Assembly (NCBI GenBank): GCA_037447605.1 | Contig: CM074806.1 | Span: forward strand, 2,046,001 to 2,110,000 | Length of the DNA: 64,000 bases | Direction: 5' to 3' | DNA from: Zygnema circumcarinatum SAG 698-1b | Lineage: Eukaryota > Plantae > Zygnematophyceae | In this document: positions 60,629-64,000 of the stretch, in pieces | How positions within the stretch are numbered: position 1 is the stretch's first letter | Layout of the letters: every line of letters begins with the position of its first letter | Made by a program: the position numbers and the translations under genes | Notes under the pieces: generated by a model | The model's input: only the letters and a program-made list of their open reading frames with translations | What the model was told of the DNA's origin: nothing | Databases searched by the model: none

Positions 60629-61000
60629 GGGCTTGCGCAAAACGCGCCTAATCTGCCAGCTGGTGCGGCCGCCGTGAGCGCTCGCTATCCCCGTCTTCTG
60701 ATTGAATACGGTGCGATCCCGGTCGATATTGTCAATACGATACGCGAAACTCCCCGATGGTTGGATGACGACGGTGTGTGCGCAGTATATGCGTCACGGT
60801 GTGTAGCGATACGATGCGGTGTTTAAATGATACAACACGATACGGTACGATATGGTATGGTACGATACGTACGGTTAAACATGAACTCTAACAGAATACC
60901 GCCCGTCTATTCGTAACACGAACCTTATATATGCAAATTTAATATTTTCGCCTCATTTTGCCCGGAACCAGGGTGGAAAATATGAGGACCCCCTACTGTA

Positions 61001-61577
61001 CTGTAGGGAGTCCTCGTATTTACCGCCCTAAGGAGTGCGTCCTCAAGAAATTCGCCCCGATTTTGCCGAAACCACCTTTTTGTACGGTAACTTCGTGTTA
61101 CCGTACAGTCAACAGTCATCTTATTTTCGCCATGGTTTTGGCAAATATGAGGCGAAAATATTGATTTTTGCAAATAGAAGGTTCGTGTTACCAATAGACG
61201 GGCGGTATTGTTAGAGTTCATGTTAGAAATCATGTTGGACCGTACGTATCGTACCGCATCATGTCGTACCGTATCGTACCGTCTCGTTAAGTATCGTATC
61301 GTATTGTTTCGTATCGGAGCCAAAAAGGAGGAACGACGAGCGAGCGCCTCTTACGGCGGCCCGTGCGGGAAGATTCGGTGAGTTTTGCTGAAGCCCGTAA
61401 CGGCTACTGTAGTACAGAAAGTACAGTACGGCAAGTACGGCAAGTACGGTTTTTAGGGTTTCAGGGTTTTAGGGGTAGTACGGATAACACAGAGTTACCG
61501 TACAAAAAGGTGGTTTCGGCAAAATCGGGGCGAATTTCTTGACTGTACAGGGTGGAAAATATGAGGACTGCTGACTG
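61001..61577. mobile_element. Second copy of the Tc1/mariner-type MITE, sharing the TA at 60999-61000; interior inverted relative to copy 1
   Basis: Left end CTGTAGGGAGTCCTCGTATTTACCGCCC; right end GGGTGGAAAATATGAGGACTGCTGACTG|TA. A perfect 50-bp inverted repeat lies at 61043-61092 / 61493-61542. Bases 61142-61440 are the reverse complement of the copy-1 interior. Confidence 0.85.
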
Positions 61578-61582
61578 TACTA

Positions 61583-61850
61583 CAGTATTCGGACTGTTCG
61601 TACTGTCCGTACTGTCCGTACTAGCTGTACTAGCCGTTACGGGCTTACGCAAAACTCACCTAATCTCCCCGCACGTGCCGCCGTAAGAGGCGCTCGCTCT
61701 TCTCCCCTCCTTCTTGGCTTCGATATGATACGATACGGTACGGTACGGTACGATACGATACGAAACGTCCCGATACGGTACTATCCGTACTAGCCGTACG
61801 AGTTGTAGTAACCGATACGGTACGATACGGTACGATATGGTAATCGAAGC
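61583..61850 (+). mobile_element. Third, truncated MITE copy with (GATAC/GGTAC)n and (GTACTGTCC)n runs
   Basis: TA|CAGTA start. It contains the empty site ctagccgttacgggcttacgcaaaactcacctaatc and pentamer repeats as in copy 1. No right TIR is seen. Confidence 0.7.
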
Positions 61851-62211
61851 AGGCCATCGAAGAGGACTTTCTTCTTCAAAGTTCCCGAAGGCAGACCTGC
61901 TACCCACGGCTCTCGAGCACAGGCAAGAATAGGGCTCAAGGGAGACGGAGCTCACTAAGGTTTAGGCAGTTTTTTCTTTGTTTTTTTCTTTTCTTTTTTT
62001 AAGATTTTAGAGGGGGACGAGAATGTGGGTAGTTCGGAGGTTCGCATTGGCAGCAAGCGTCAATGTAAATAGCATTTTTTTCCTTCTTTTTTAAGGCCCT
62101 GTGGTTAGTTTTTTCTGCCCAGCAGCATAGGGAGGCTTATTCTTTGCCGCGTATGTGCGTCGGAGGAATTTTGAAGTGACCAAAAAAAAAAAGTTGTGGC
62201 TTTCAGCATTA

Positions 62212-62577
62212 GCCAGCCGATGTTGCAGTCGTTGGCAATGGTTGGGTGGGGCGGGAACCAATGGTCCAATGGTTGCAATCATTCGCAATGGTTGGGTAGG
62301 GCAGAAATCAATGGTCCAATGGTTGCAGTCATTGGCAATGGTTGGTTGGGAAGCCAGCCATTGCTTGCAACCATTGGCAATGATTGGGTGGGGCGGGAAT
62401 CAATGGTCCAATGGTTGCAGTTATTTGCAATGGTTGGCTGGGTAGCCAGCCAATGGTTTCAACCATTGGCAATGATTGGGTGGGGCGAGAATCAATGTTC
62501 CAATGGTTGCAATTTTTGGCAATGGTTGGCTGGATAGCCAGGCAATTGGTGCAACCATTGGCAATGGTTGGGTGGGC
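62212..62577. repeat. Minisatellite array 1: eight 50-bp (X) or 42-bp (Y) units with a palindromic CCAAT core
   Basis: Units start at 62217, 62266, 62316, 62358, 62408, 62450, 62500 and 62542 (X X Y X Y X Y X). The core consensus is CCAATGGTTGCA(A/G)(C/T)CATTGG. Confidence 0.95.
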
Positions 62578-63090
62578 AAGCAATATATCGCATTTTTACA
62601 CCGGGATATATCGGGCGGTATAATATCGCGATACATCCAATACTTCCATACCGCTTTATCTCGCGTAAGTTCCAGAATCGCCTCCTCCGCCAAGCTGCCT
62701 CCAAATCGAAAAATTTAAACTAACGTGGCGCCTACTCATTGGTCGCGGTGCGAAAACTCTCTATCTCTACCCCCGCCTCCGTGCGCTTACCGCGTCCCGC
62801 ACCACGGTGTGCCCACCATCGCTGGACGCGCTTTGATTGGCTGCGCGTGACTTCGGATCTCCGTCTTCGTGGCGCGTCTAGCGACTGTCACGTCACGCCC
62901 CTGAATTCGAGCACGTATTGATGTTTGCAGTCGGCCCGCAGGTGCGAGTTCGTCTGTGTGCGCCGCGTGGCGACTGTGGTCCCATCGAGGCAAAATCTTC
63001 TTATGCGTCGACCGTCGTTGGCCGTTGGAGGATTCCACACCGTCCGATTAGCCGTTAAGAAAAGCACTGCTGATGTCAGCCGTCCGTCCG

Positions 63091-63402
63091 TTGGGAAGCC
63101 AGCCAATGGTTGCAACAATTGGCAATGATTGAGTGGGGCGGGAATCAGTGGTCCAATGGTTGCAGTCATTGGCAATGATTGCGTGGGGCGGGAATCAATG
63201 GTCCAATGGTTGCGGCCATTGGCAATGGTTGGCTGGCTAGCCAGCCAATGGTTGCAATCATCAGATCCAATGGTTGCGTAGGGCGGGAATCAATGGTCCA
63301 ATGGTTGCAGTCATTGGCAATGGTTGGTTGGGTAGCCAGCCAATGGTTGCAACCAATGGCAATGCTTCGGTGGGCGGGAATCAATGGTCCAATGGTTGCA
63401 GT
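63091..63402. repeat. Minisatellite array 2, same 50/42-bp units
   Basis: Units start at 63103, 63153, 63203, 63245, 63298, 63340 and 63389 (partial). Confidence 0.95.
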
Positions 63403-63797
63403 TCCATTTCACAGAATGTGCTGAGAACAGAGGTAGAGGCTTGCTGGTTGCTTTTGAAACCCCTGCTGCGAACCTTCCCTTTGATAAGCAACAGTGTGGA
63501 AAAGCTGAGGCCAAGAAGATAAGAAGACGATGTTCAGCAGCTGCTGTACCGAGGGATGAGGAACTGCGATCCATGAGAGCTAGCACTATCCGCTGGTCTG
63601 CTGAAGAGTCCCTGTCAGTTGAAGCATAGTAATGCGCTTCAAGGTCAGCCATGGCCACCGCCGCGTGCTCTCCGAGCTGCTCCAGGCTCCTCCCTACATC
63701 CTCCGTGTGTTCCTCGAACTGAGAGCTGCGTTCTGCAATGGCGGCGTTCAAAGAGGCGAAATCGGCAAAAAGTGGAGTTGGGCTATGGCTATTGCAG

Positions 63798-63928
63798 AGC
63801 TCCTGCGAGAAAACAAGCGCATGCTGGATCGCTCCATTCGGGACATCGAGCGGGAGAGGCAGCAGTTGCAGGCACAGGAGAAGAAACTGATCGCAGAAAT
63901 TAAGAAGACTGCAAAGCAGGGGCAGATG
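63798..63928 (+). CDS. VPS2: ESCRT-III VPS2.1/CHMP2A exon (gene incomplete in the window)
   Basis: attgcag|AG...CAGATG|gtgggc encodes ELLRENKRMLDRSIRDIERERQQLQAQEKKLIAEIKKTAKQGQM, near-identical to the helix-1 segment of plant VPS2.1 as I recall it. The upstream FGKKKTP segment was not found. Confidence 0.85.
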
Positions 63929-64000
63929 GTGGGCCCTTCGCTTTCCTGTCGCTCCCTCGAGCCATTTGTTCAGCCGTGCGTGCATCATGACGAAGTGCAG

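Larger units (their letters stand above)
54409..60998. mobile_element. Tc1/mariner-type non-autonomous element (MITE, ~0.53 kb without its insertion), split by an LTR element
   Basis: The left end TA|CAGTGGGGGGTCCTCGTATTTACCACCC and right end GGGTGGAAAATATGAGGACCCCCTACTG|TA form a 28-bp TIR with 3 mismatches. The TSD is TA (54407-54408 and 60999-61000). Halves 54409-54571 and 60629-60998 join into the sequence seen uninterrupted at 61620-61700. Confidence 0.85.

Noticed and set aside
60661-60678. TGGTGCGG... primer-binding-site-like sequence after the 3' LTR
   Set aside because: It lies 33 bp beyond the LTR end and aligns with the host MITE interior (compare 61672-61690). The real PBS would be in the gap after the 5' LTR.
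62212-63402. CRISPR-like appearance (palindromic repeats at regular spacing)
   Set aside because: The intervening sequences are two recurring tails rather than unique spacers, the context is eukaryotic and no cas genes are present. Treated as a minisatellite.
1-64000. rRNA and tRNA genes
   Set aside because: No conserved rRNA segments or cloverleaf with T-loop/D-loop consensus were noticed by eye. A tRNAscan-SE/Infernal run would be needed to exclude them.

Overview
Eukaryotic nuclear DNA from a green plant lineage. Short GT-AG introns, an intron-rich PPR gene, PPR-SMR, SUB1-like and SR45a-like genes and TTTAGGG telo-boxes suggest a non-angiosperm streptophyte (charophyte alga or bryophyte); this is an inference and the species cannot be fixed. 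I reconstructed nine spliced or single-exon genes by hand, using splice signals, intron phase and motif continuity. They are: a plastid-type coiled-coil protein (-), a DsPTP1-like dual-specificity phosphatase (-), an SR45a/TRA2-like RRM protein (+), a universal stress protein (+), a SUB1-like O-fucosyltransferase-fold protein (-), a PPR-SMR protein (+), CCDC86/Cgr1 (-), a P-class PPR protein with about 18 repeats (-), and URB1/Npa1 (-, cut by a 100-N gap). One exon of VPS2/CHMP2A lies at the right edge. Bases 54.4-61.9 kb are a nested transposon block: a Tc1/mariner-type MITE, containing a gag+protease-only LTR element, containing a candidate 1.8-kb solo LTR, followed by further MITE copies. 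Two palindromic CCAAT-rich minisatellite arrays come next. The strongest signals are: (1) two tandem 142-nt terminal exons that each complete the RRM of the SR45a-like gene and both appear conserved; (2) LTR-type insertions that seem to duplicate only GG rather than 4-6 bp; (3) a higher-order G-box/hairpin satellite upstream of the PPR gene; (4) an 18-aa duplication of the TGWG loop in the Smr domain. No rRNA, tRNA or CRISPR array could be supported. All identities and counts are by eye; no database searches were run.
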